NCBI GenBank assembly: GCA_037444025.1
Contig: JBBINE010000006.1
Span: 1,935 to 40,935 of the forward strand
DNA length: 39,001 nt
DNA from: a bacterium
GTDB taxonomy: Bacteria > Patescibacteriota > Minisyncoccia > UBA6257 > HR35
Reading direction: 5' to 3'
The position numbers were made by a program, and so were the translations under genes. Numbering within the stretch: position 1 is the first letter of the stretch; every line of letters starts with the position of its first letter. The notes below the pieces were generated by a model that did no database searches, was not told where the DNA came from, and worked only from the letters and a program-made list of their open reading frames with translations. Positions 1 to 6,871 of the stretch are shown here, piece by piece.

Positions 1-906
1 TGAATTAAAAATACCAGCTACATACAAAGAATTGTTATACAAAGTCATTGCATAAACGGTACCATTAATATCAAAAGAATTGAAAACAAACCAGTTATAC
101 TTAAGAGAATTATCTAAATGCCTCCATTTGTTGTTTTCGTAAATGTAAGTATTTATACTGTTAGCTCCAATAGCTAAAAACATTTTTTGGTTACTTAAAG
201 GAACGAGGGAAACATTAGCTATCATTTTCATTTTTATATCTACGGGCATAGGCGATTGCCAATTCGTTATATCATAAGGATTTACAGATCTAACAGTATA
301 AACTTGATAATTATACCTCGTACCTATTTGTCTAATAGCTCCTAACCAAATATTGTTAGCAGAGTCAAAAGTAAGAAAAGGTCTAGAATAGTAACTATAA
401 GAATCTTTCTCTAAAGCAAAATAACTATCACTCCAGGAAATTTCAAAAAGAGAAGTAGTTGTGGTAGTAGTTGTAGTAGTTGTAGTGTAGTCTAAAGAAT
501 TGATATGTACTTCTCCCTTTAAAACACAAATATTGCCTGTACAATTTGTAGCTAAGAAGATATTAAAAACTCCATCGATTTCTTTATAACTAACAAAAAA
601 ATCATCTGTATTAAATTGCACTGAACCAGCGGGAGTCCAATTTCTTCCATTAGAGGAATAGCTGTATTCAATAAAATTATTTTTTCTGTAAAAAGACCAG
701 TAGATTGAGTTGATGGAATCAAAAATAACTTTTTGTTGAAAAGGAGAACCAATATTACTTGAAGCCGAAGAAGTAGATATTAAAGAAACGGGGATATCTT
801 CTGTGGATTGATTTTGAGCACGAACTATATTATTTATCACGAAAAAAAAGAAAACAAAAAAAATTATTGATAAAAAGTATATATTTTTTTTATAATAACC
901 TTCCAT
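1..906 (-). CDS. Exported protein of unknown function; C-terminus lies beyond the window edge (signal peptide, Asp-box-like motif, poly-Thr linker)
   Basis: Absent from the ORF track because it has no stop inside the window. I checked all 302 in-frame triplets from ATG at 906 down to nt 1 and found no stop; an in-frame stop lies just upstream at 928-930. The N-terminus MEGYYKKNIYFLSIIFFVFFFFVINNIVRAQNQ looks like a signal peptide. SSNGRNWT resembles an Asp-box (SxDxGxTW). Eleven consecutive Thr codons lie at 454-486. Confidence 0.65.
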   Translation of the reverse strand, partial: MEGYYKKNIYFLSIIFFVFFFFVINNIVRAQNQSTEDIPVSLISTSSASSNIGSPFQQKVIFDSINSIYWSFYRKNNFIEYSYSSNGRNWTPAGSVQFNTDDFFVSYKEIDGVFNIFLATNCTGNICVLKGEVHINSLDYTTTTTTTTTTTSLFEISWSDSYFALEKDSYSYYSRPFLTFDSANNIWLGAIRQIGTRYNYQVYTVRSVNPYDITNWQSPMPVDIKMKMIANVSLVPLSNQKMFLAIGANSINTYIYENNKWRHLDNSLKYNWFVFNSFDINGTVYAMTLYNNSLYVAGIFNS

Positions 907-938
907 TTTTAAATTAAAATGATTTATTTATTATTAAC

Positions 939-947
939 ATTATACCA
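939..947 (-). promoter_or_regulatory. Possible extended -10 element (TGgTATAAT) for the exported-protein gene
   Basis: The minus strand reads TTTTGGTATAATG, 32 nt upstream of ATG 906, with a weak -35 (TTTTAT at 17-nt spacing). AT-rich DNA produces many chance -10-like hexamers. Confidence 0.3.
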
Positions 948-957
948 AAATATTTTT

Positions 958-1010
958 AAAAATAAAATCTGTCAACCACAGATCATCAAAAAACAGGTGA
1001 TCCTTGTGGT
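958..1010 (-). terminator. Putative intrinsic terminator after the LamG-pilin gene
   Basis: An imperfect hairpin starts 3 nt after the stop at 1013-1015. Positions 975-980 (ACCACA) pair with 1005-1010 (TGTGGT). Positions 981-985 (GATCA) pair with 998-1002 (TGATC). There is a 2-nt bulge and an 8-nt loop. On the minus strand it is followed by GACAGATTTTATTTTT. Confidence 0.4.
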
Positions 1011-1012
1011 GT

Positions 1013-2251
1013 TTAACTTTGACATGCCGTTTCTCCTTTTTCATCTTTTTTATATATATTTAAAACATCCTCGTCGGAAATAGCTTTGTTATAAAGACGA
1101 AATTCATCAATTTTACCTTGAAAATAAAAGTTTGTTCCTGTCCTTATTCCCATATAGACATCATTATTGCTAGCTAAAGGTATATCCACAAAATCATCAA
1201 AACCAATAAAATTACCATTAAGATAAAATCTGATTCTTTTATCTGAAATATTTCTGCTAATAACTATATAATTCCAATTATTTTCTTGAGCTCTCATGTT
1301 AGAAGGTTCCTGGATCTCTTCCCAACTTCCATCTCCATGATAAAAAGATATTTTTCCATCAGTTTCCATTATCACTTCGTACTCATTGTTATAGTGTTTA
1401 AATATTATCGATTGTCTACCTTTTGATAAATTAGTAGGACAAAGCCAAAAGGAAACAGTTAAATCTCTATCAATTTTTAAGGATGTAGTATTGGGAAATA
1501 AAACATAATCATCACTACCATCAAAAGCCAAAGCACTTGCTACCCTTCCTGCTACCCAACCAGAAGTTGTAGTCCAGTTGAAATTGTTAAGTGTTCCATT
1601 GTTTCTATATCCTGAAAGATCATAAGCTAAAGTTCCTGTTACTGTATCAAAAGACCAATAAGCTACTAATCCACTTTGAGGCGAAGGAAAATTAAGATAG
1701 TTACCTATCTCATAAAGAGTTGGTTCAAAACCACCATCAGTTATCATTCTAGACGATAAAGCTCGACTTTCAAGTCGAGCTGTTATTTTGTATTTATTTC
1801 CTTTTACTTGGTAGGCATAAAAATAATCTTGATTATTAGAAGGATCAAGGGGTAAAATACTTAAGCTTAAAAATTTAGCGGAAAAAAAATTTATTGGAAT
1901 CCAACCACTACCATCAATACTACTTGGAGTAGCCACACATCTATAAACAAAAGGAAAAAAAATTTTAGGTAAATTATAACTACCACAAGTTGAACTTGAA
2001 TCCGGAAGAGAAAGATAGATAGTATTTTCATTACCAAGAGCTAATTCGGGGTTGTCTAGTAGGAATGTTTTTAAAGCTGTGTCTAAAACTTGCAAATCAT
2101 TTAATCTACGGTTATCCCTAACTCTTTTATAAAGTTCAACATTGTTCCAAGTATAAAAAAATAAAGAAAAAGAAAAGCCTAAAATTATCAAAACCACTAA
2201 AATTTCTACTAATGTCAGTCCTTTTTTACAAGAATAGGTGTTTAAAATCAT
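1013..2251 (-). CDS. Type IV pilin-like protein fused to a C-terminal LamG/ConA-like (Laminin_G_3-type) domain
   Basis: The track ORF begins at TTG 2257; the first ATG is at 2251. MILNTYSCKKG|LTLVEILVVLIILG is a prepilin cleavage/methylation signal (Gly-1, Glu+5). Residues ~1-190 are colinear with the pilin at 6116..6742. Residues ~195-414 carry LamG-type blocks (LVAYWSFD, ALAFDGSDDYV, LTVSFWL, RFYLNG, GKIDEFRLYNKAIS). Confidence 0.8.
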   Translation of the reverse strand: MILNTYSCKKGLTLVEILVVLIILGFSFSLFFYTWNNVELYKRVRDNRRLNDLQVLDTALKTFLLDNPELALGNENTIYLSLPDSSSTCGSYNLPKIFFPFVYRCVATPSSIDGSGWIPINFFSAKFLSLSILPLDPSNNQDYFYAYQVKGNKYKITARLESRALSSRMITDGGFEPTLYEIGNYLNFPSPQSGLVAYWSFDTVTGTLAYDLSGYRNNGTLNNFNWTTTSGWVAGRVASALAFDGSDDYVLFPNTTSLKIDRDLTVSFWLCPTNLSKGRQSIIFKHYNNEYEVIMETDGKISFYHGDGSWEEIQEPSNMRAQENNWNYIVISRNISDKRIRFYLNGNFIGFDDFVDIPLASNNDVYMGIRTGTNFYFQGKIDEFRLYNKAISDEDVLNIYKKDEKGETACQS

Positions 2252-3347
2252 TAACAAGAGAGTAAATAATTCCTGACAAAAAAATTAAAGATAAGATAAC
2301 TACTAAAGAAGAAGGAATTTTGAAATAAGTTTTTTCCTTTAGTTTTAAATAAATAAGAGAAATAACAAGAAGATTAAAAGCTAAAAAAAATTCACTAATA
2401 AAGCCTATAAGCGCAACTAAACGAGAAGGGTTTAAAAATATTAAAAGAAAAACGGAAAGAGCAATTAAAATATTAGCAGCCCTTGGTGATAATTGGTAAT
2501 CATGAATGAGTCCTCTTTTAAGGTAAAAGCAAAAATCTACAAAAACCATATTCAAACTAGCCATGATAATAATTAAAAGAGTTAAAAATTTAGGAAGATA
2601 GGGATACAAACTTTCTATTGATTCTTCGCTTACCTCAAAACCTAAAAAACCTACTATAGCTAGAACGTAGAATAGATAAAGAAAAGTAATAGTTAAGAGG
2701 GACCAAAAGTTTATCTTAAAGTACAAACTTTTATTTTTACCTACAAGATCATAAACTAAAGCCATCGAAGAAATGCCTGAAAAAGCAAAAAGAAGAACCC
2801 CATAAGGTAAAAAAGGTTCTTGGAAATTGTTTAAAGCTAAAAAAATATTGTTTATCTCAAAATAAGGCAAAAGAAATAGAGCAATAGATAAAAAAAGAAA
2901 CAATATACCCAAACTTAAAGTACTTTCCATTCGAGTAAACAAAGAAAATTCTTTAAAGATAAAATAAATGTTAAAAAGAGCAAAAAATAACTTGAACCAA
3001 AAAGAATTTATTCCAGGAAAAACTAATGACCAAAATTTAGCAAAGGCAATAAAATAAACCAAAAAAACTCCCAGCATACCAAAATAATCAAAAAACCAAA
3101 CTAGGTGTTTAAAAGCAGGATGTAAGTATTTAGCAGTTAATCCGGGTAAATTATGTTTACTTTCTGATCTAAATAAAATCTCTCCCAAAAGAAGATGAAG
3201 GATAAGAAAAGAAAAAAACCAAAAAAATAACCAGAAAAGAAAAAAATAACCACTTTGAGAAAAAGTATAAGGTAATACAAATATCCCTAAACCTATAATA
3301 GTGCTGATAATAATAAAATAAGCTTTAAGACTATTGCTTATGATCAT
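2226..3347 (-). CDS. Polytopic membrane transporter, amino-acid permease-like (Aa_trans / Trp-Tyr permease type)
   Basis: 373 aa, almost entirely hydrophobic, with about 11 helices by eye. The N-terminal IIGLGIFVLPYTFSQSG resembles the helix-1 motif of amino-acid/auxin-type permeases. ATG at 3347. It overlaps both neighbouring genes. Confidence 0.55.
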   Translation of the reverse strand: MIISNSLKAYFIIISTIIGLGIFVLPYTFSQSGYFFLFWLFFWFFSFLILHLLLGEILFRSESKHNLPGLTAKYLHPAFKHLVWFFDYFGMLGVFLVYFIAFAKFWSLVFPGINSFWFKLFFALFNIYFIFKEFSLFTRMESTLSLGILFLFLSIALFLLPYFEINNIFLALNNFQEPFLPYGVLLFAFSGISSMALVYDLVGKNKSLYFKINFWSLLTITFLYLFYVLAIVGFLGFEVSEESIESLYPYLPKFLTLLIIIMASLNMVFVDFCFYLKRGLIHDYQLSPRAANILIALSVFLLIFLNPSRLVALIGFISEFFLAFNLLVISLIYLKLKEKTYFKIPSSLVVILSLIFLSGIIYSLVNDFKHLFL

Positions 3348-3750
3348 CTCCTCTAATTATTTTTTCTATATAAGTTAAACCCCATAAAATAAAAACCGTC
3401 AAAACAGAAACCAAAAAACCTTCGAGATAAAAACCTACGCCAATAGAAGCTCCAATCGCAGTTGTTACCCAAAGAGCTGCAGCTGTAGTAAGACCAATAA
3501 TTCTCTCTTTATCCAAAAAAATAAGTCCTGCGCCTAAAAAACCAATTCCTACTACGATATTAGCTAAAACTCTTGTAGGATTATTTGCTTCCAAAGAAAC
3601 ACCTAAATAAGAAAAAAGAGCTGCCCCTAAAGAAACTAAAGCAAAAGTTCTTAAACCTGCTTGTTTTTTAAACAAACTTCTTTCTGCTCCAATAAGCATT
3701 CCCAACACAGCGGCTAAAAATAGTCTATAGATTATTTCCGTAGAAATCAT
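3331..3750 (-). CDS. mgtC: MgtC/SapB family membrane protein (membrane domain only)
   Basis: RLFLAAVLGMLIGAERSLFKKQAGLRTFALVSLGAALF matches the MgtC family N-terminal signature. The 139-aa protein has 4-5 hydrophobic helices and no soluble C-terminal domain. Confidence 0.8.
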   Translation of the reverse strand: MISTEIIYRLFLAAVLGMLIGAERSLFKKQAGLRTFALVSLGAALFSYLGVSLEANNPTRVLANIVVGIGFLGAGLIFLDKERIIGLTTAAALWVTTAIGASIGVGFYLEGFLVSVLTVFILWGLTYIEKIIRGDDHKQ

Positions 3751-4294
3751 CTTCTTGAATTAATTTTATCATCTTATCTACTAATTTTATAGGATCTGAA
3801 TCCCAAATTATTTTGCCGTGATCTTTTCTTGCTTCTTTAACAATATCTTCCATGAATTTTTCTTCACCTCCAGAACCAACCAAAATACCCATTGGTTTTT
3901 TCTCTTCAAAAGCAATAATAAATTCATTTAAAGTACCCGTTCTACCGCAAATAAAAATAACCCCGTCTCCTGATCTAACTAAAATTAAGTTTCTACCTGA
4001 GTGACCCAAAGCAGTAAAGAATATATAATGATGATAATCGAAAGGAAGCTCAAATACTTCCTTGTGTTCTCTGGGATCTTTAGCAGGAGAAAATCCCAAA
4101 ACCATTCCTCCATTTTCATAAGCACTTTGAGCAACTAAATGAGGAATTCCCGTAGTAGCGCCAGTCAAAGTAACCACTCCTTTTTCGGCTAGTCTTTTCC
4201 CTATTTGAAAAGATAATTCTTCTATCTTGGGACAACAATTTTCTAAAACAGCTGAACCAGAAATACTTATTTTTATTTTTTTCTCAGTTGTCAT
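3725..4294 (-). CDS. LOG/TIGR00725-like Rossmann-fold protein (SLOG superfamily)
   Basis: The motifs VVTLTGATTGIPHLVAQSAYENGGMVLGFSP and ICGRTGTLNEF have the spacing of lysine-decarboxylase-like/LOG family proteins (GG..G.M ... PGG.GT..E). 189 aa. Confidence 0.6.
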   Translation of the reverse strand: MTTEKKIKISISGSAVLENCCPKIEELSFQIGKRLAEKGVVTLTGATTGIPHLVAQSAYENGGMVLGFSPAKDPREHKEVFELPFDYHHYIFFTALGHSGRNLILVRSGDGVIFICGRTGTLNEFIIAFEEKKPMGILVGSGGEEKFMEDIVKEARKDHGKIIWDSDPIKLVDKMIKLIQEDDFYGNNL

Positions 4295-4326
4295 AATTAA
4301 AACATTATTAGTAAAATTATAAAAAA

Positions 4327-4506
4327 TTATTTATAGAATAAATAATTCAAAATATAATCTCTTTCATTTTTAAATTTTTTCTTTCTTCTTAAAACAACAT
4401 TTTGTTTTTTGCTTAAGTTATGACATACCCCTGATATTCTTCTTAGAATTTTTCCTTTTTTAGTAATCTTAAATCTTTTTTTGATAGCGTCTTTTATTTT
4501 AGTCAT
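4327..4506 (-). CDS. rpmI: 50S ribosomal protein L35
   Basis: Missed by the ORF track (59 aa). The translation is MTKIKDAIKKRFKITKKGKILRRISGVCHNLSKKQNVVLRRKKKFKNERDYILNYLFYK. It shows the L35 pattern (K..A.KKRFK.T..GK..RR....H.L.KK) and sits in the canonical position directly after infC. Confidence 0.85.
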   Translation of the reverse strand: MTKIKDAIKKRFKITKKGKILRRISGVCHNLSKKQNVVLRRKKKFKNERDYILNYLFYK

Positions 4507-4524
4507 TTTAAAAAAATAATAGTG

Positions 4525-5025
4525 TTACTTTTTAGCTAACAATATTTGTAAAAAGTTAGGCATTTTTTTAATTGGACTAACTATTTTATAAGGAATATCT
4601 ATTAACTGAAGAAAATTATTAAATTTTTCTTCGGCCATATCTGTAAAAAATTTCTCTCGACCTTTCAAAACCAACTTCACAATTAGTTGATGACCTTCTT
4701 CTAAAAATTTCTTAGATATTTCTGCTTTTCTTTTTAAATCAAAAACAGCTTCGTTCAGACTAATTCTAATCTCCTTAGTTTCTTTAACTTTCTTTCGCGA
4801 TTCTCTTTTTTTCTTTTCTTGTTGATAAAGAAAAAAACTATAATTGCCGAGCTTCACAACAGGGGGCTGAGCTTTTTCATTAACCATTATCAAATCCTTT
4901 TTTTCCTCGTCGGCTAATTCTTTAGCTTTACTTAAAGTCATCACTCCGATCTGCTTACCATCAGTTCCTATAACTCTAATCTTGCTTGGATTTAATTTTG
5001 TTATTTTTGGATCTATCAGTTTCAA
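4525..5025 (-). CDS. infC: Translation initiation factor IF-3
   Basis: IRVIGTDGKQIGVMTLSKAKELADEEKKDLIMVNEKAQPPVVKLGNYSFFLYQQEKK plus a C-terminal domain (KEIRISLNEAVFDLKRKAEISKKFLEEGHQLIVKLVLKGRE) is typical of IF-3. The longest ORF starts at TTG 5025. No in-frame ATG lies upstream of the conserved core, so a non-AUG start is expected, as in other infC genes. Confidence 0.9.
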   Translation of the reverse strand: MKLIDPKITKLNPSKIRVIGTDGKQIGVMTLSKAKELADEEKKDLIMVNEKAQPPVVKLGNYSFFLYQQEKKKRESRKKVKETKEIRISLNEAVFDLKRKAEISKKFLEEGHQLIVKLVLKGREKFFTDMAEEKFNNFLQLIDIPYKIVSPIKKMPNFLQILLAKK

Positions 5026-5040
5026 GTATAATAATTATAC
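5026..5040. promoter_or_regulatory. 15-nt palindrome GTATAATAATTATAC carrying one TATAAT on each strand, in the 16-bp infC/tsaD divergent gap
   Basis: The plus-strand TATAAT at 5027-5032 lies 9 nt before the tsaD ATG at 5042. The minus-strand TATAAT at 5039-5034 lies 8 nt before the infC TTG at 5025. No convincing -35 element is present for either. Confidence 0.35.
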
Positions 5041-5041
5041 C

Positions 5042-6076
5042 ATGTTTATCTTAGGAATAGAAACAACATGCGATGAAACAGGTATAGGTTTAATAGAATT
5101 TAAAAATTCAGAGGAATTAAAAATACATAACAATGAATTGGCTTCTCAAGTAAAGATTCACCAACAGTACGGCGGAGTTGTTCCTCTCTTAGCTGCCCGA
5201 GAACATGAAAAAAACCTTCCTTACCTTTTAAAAAATATAGAAAAAAAATTTGATTTAAGAAAAATAGATTATCTTGCTTTTTCTGTAGGACCTGGACTTT
5301 TACCAGCATTAATCAGTGGTAAAAATTTTGTTAAAAGTTTAGCTCAAAAAATAAATAAAAAAATTATTCCCGTAGACCATTTAAGGGCTCATCTGTATTC
5401 AATTTTAATTAAAAATCAGATTGGGAAATGGCAAAAAATTAGAAAAATACCTTTTCCCGCCATTGGCTTAATAGTTTCTGGAGGACATACTAACCTTTAT
5501 CTCATGCATAACTTTGAAAACAAAAAACTATTAGGAAAAACTTTAGATGATGCCGTAGGCGAAATTTTAGATAAATGTGCTCGCTTTTTATCATTACCTT
5601 ATCCTGGAGGCCCTCAAATTGAAAAATATGCTAAAAGAGGAAATTATTACTTTTCCCTACCTAAACCTTTAATTAATCATAGAGGTTATGATTTTAGTTT
5701 CTCTGGATTGAAATCTGCTTTTATAGATCTTGTCACTGAAATTATAAAATATCAAAATATAACACATATTCGTGGTAAAGAGAAACTTATTTCTGATTTA
5801 GCTTATTCTTTACAAAAAACAGCTTTTGAGGTTCTGATTAGTAAAACCAAAAAAGCCATTGATGAATTCCAAATAAAAAGTATTATAGTAAGCGGTGGAG
5901 TAGCGGCCAATCAAACTCTTAAAAAAATGTTTCGTTTTTATTTCCCTTATCAAAAAATATTTTTTCCCGAAAGATCTTTAGCTACTGATAATGGTCTTAA
6001 TATTGCTCTTGCCGGTTATTTCATAAAAGCAAAAGCCGTAGATAAAACGAAATTAGAAGTCTATGACCATTTATAG
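5042..6076 (+). CDS. tsaD: tRNA N6-adenosine threonylcarbamoyltransferase TsaD (Kae1/Gcp family)
   Basis: The track ORF starts at TTG 4982, but the family N-terminus MFILGIETTCDETGIGLIE begins at ATG 5042. Supporting motifs are HLRAHLYS, VSGGHTNLY and SGGVAANQTL. Confidence 0.92.
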   Translation: MFILGIETTCDETGIGLIEFKNSEELKIHNNELASQVKIHQQYGGVVPLLAAREHEKNLPYLLKNIEKKFDLRKIDYLAFSVGPGLLPALISGKNFVKSLAQKINKKIIPVDHLRAHLYSILIKNQIGKWQKIRKIPFPAIGLIVSGGHTNLYLMHNFENKKLLGKTLDDAVGEILDKCARFLSLPYPGGPQIEKYAKRGNYYFSLPKPLINHRGYDFSFSGLKSAFIDLVTEIIKYQNITHIRGKEKLISDLAYSLQKTAFEVLISKTKKAIDEFQIKSIIVSGGVAANQTLKKMFRFYFPYQKIFFPERSLATDNGLNIALAGYFIKAKAVDKTKLEVYDHL

Positions 6077-6115
6077 ATGATGAAATTTCCTTTTTTATTT
6101 TAGAAAAAAATTTTA

Positions 6116-6742
6116 TTACCAGTTAGCATAAAATCGAGTTCCAGTCGTTGTAGGCAGGAGATTTTTATTGGGACCAACTTCATACAGAACACTAAAATCT
6201 CCTCCATCGTTAGCACCAGCATTGTTACTTTCTAATCTAGCATTTAATTCATAACTAAAGTCGGTTTTACAAGTATAAGTGTAGTAATATGAAGGATTTT
6301 CAGTGTTAGAAGGATCAAGAGGAAGAGCGGGTAAATTTATCAAAGCCACTGAAGAAAAATTAATTGGAAGCCAACCTGTACCATTAACAGCTCTTGAAGT
6401 AGTTCCTTGAGCTTCAAAAGCTCCTGATGGACCAGATGGAGCTGAACCATTACCGAGACTATAAGCAATAGAAGCAAAAATAGTATCAGTAGCTGATCCT
6501 CCTACACATTTAGTATTAGTAGCTCCGTCTAAAATAAGAGTTTTAGTAGGGTCCATACTTGTTTCAGAAATATAGGCATCAAGAGCTTGGGATAAATTTC
6601 TTAAATCTCCCATTCTTTGAGTATCTCGACCTCTTTTAAAAATTTCCGCTGGTTTTATAATTACAATTAAAACTCCAGCCAAAACACCTATAATAGCCAA
6701 TACGACTAATAGTTCAATTAAGGTAAAACCTTTTGTTTTCAT
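6116..6742 (-). CDS. Type IV pilin (probable major pilin)
   Basis: MKTKG|FTLIELLVVLAIIGVLAG is a canonical prepilin-type N-terminal cleavage/methylation signal (Gly-1, Glu+5). The gene is 208 aa, monocistronic, and has a consensus promoter upstream. Confidence 0.9.
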   Translation of the reverse strand: MKTKGFTLIELLVVLAIIGVLAGVLIVIIKPAEIFKRGRDTQRMGDLRNLSQALDAYISETSMDPTKTLILDGATNTKCVGGSATDTIFASIAYSLGNGSAPSGPSGAFEAQGTTSRAVNGTGWLPINFSSVALINLPALPLDPSNTENPSYYYTYTCKTDFSYELNARLESNNAGANDGGDFSVLYEVGPNKNLLPTTTGTRFYANW

Positions 6743-6766
6743 CTCTTTTTTTTATTTTAATTTTGA

Positions 6767-6794
6767 CCTCAAGTAAAATACCTCAAGTAAAATT
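6767..6794. repeat. Tandem 14-nt direct repeat (CCTCAAGTAAAATA / CCTCAAGTAAAATT) in the pilin 5' leader region
   Basis: Two adjacent copies at 6767-6780 and 6781-6794 are identical at 13 of 14 positions. On the pilin strand each copy reads (A/T)ATTTTACTTGAGG. They lie 25-52 nt upstream of ATG 6742. Confidence 0.85.
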
Positions 6795-6821
6795 TATACT
6801 TAAGATTAAATTATATTAAAA

Positions 6822-6850
6822 ATTTTATTTTAAAAAATAAAAAATGTCAA
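6822..6850 (-). promoter_or_regulatory. Sigma-70-type promoter for the major pilin: TTGACA-N17-TAAAAT
   Basis: On the minus strand a perfect -35 TTGACA lies at 6850-6845, followed by a 17-nt spacer and a -10 TAAAAT at 6827-6822. This predicts a 5' UTR of about 70 nt containing the tandem repeat. A perfect TTGACA is uncommon in DNA this AT-rich. Confidence 0.55.
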
Positions 6851-6871
6851 TTTTTTTAAGATAATTTCACA

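Noticed and set aside
552-752. Track ORF of 66 aa on the minus strand
   Set aside because: It lies in a different frame, entirely inside the 302-codon open frame 1..906. That longer frame has a signal peptide and protein-like composition. This ORF's own sequence is low-complexity, so it is most likely a shadow ORF.
5100-5309. Track ORF of 69 aa antisense to tsaD
   Set aside because: It lies wholly within the well-supported tsaD gene on the opposite strand and has no recognisable motifs.
6077-6115. Possible bidirectional terminator between the convergent tsaD and pilin genes
   Set aside because: Only A/T-only self-complementarity (GAAATTTC, T and A runs) is present. I could not draw a stem with G-C pairs, so I make no call.
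6763-6793. Plus-strand promoter TTGACC ... TAAAAT for miaA within the repeat region
   Set aside because: The spacer is 19 nt to the second TAAAAT and 5 nt to the first, both outside the functional range. GATAAT at 6860-6865 is a better candidate.
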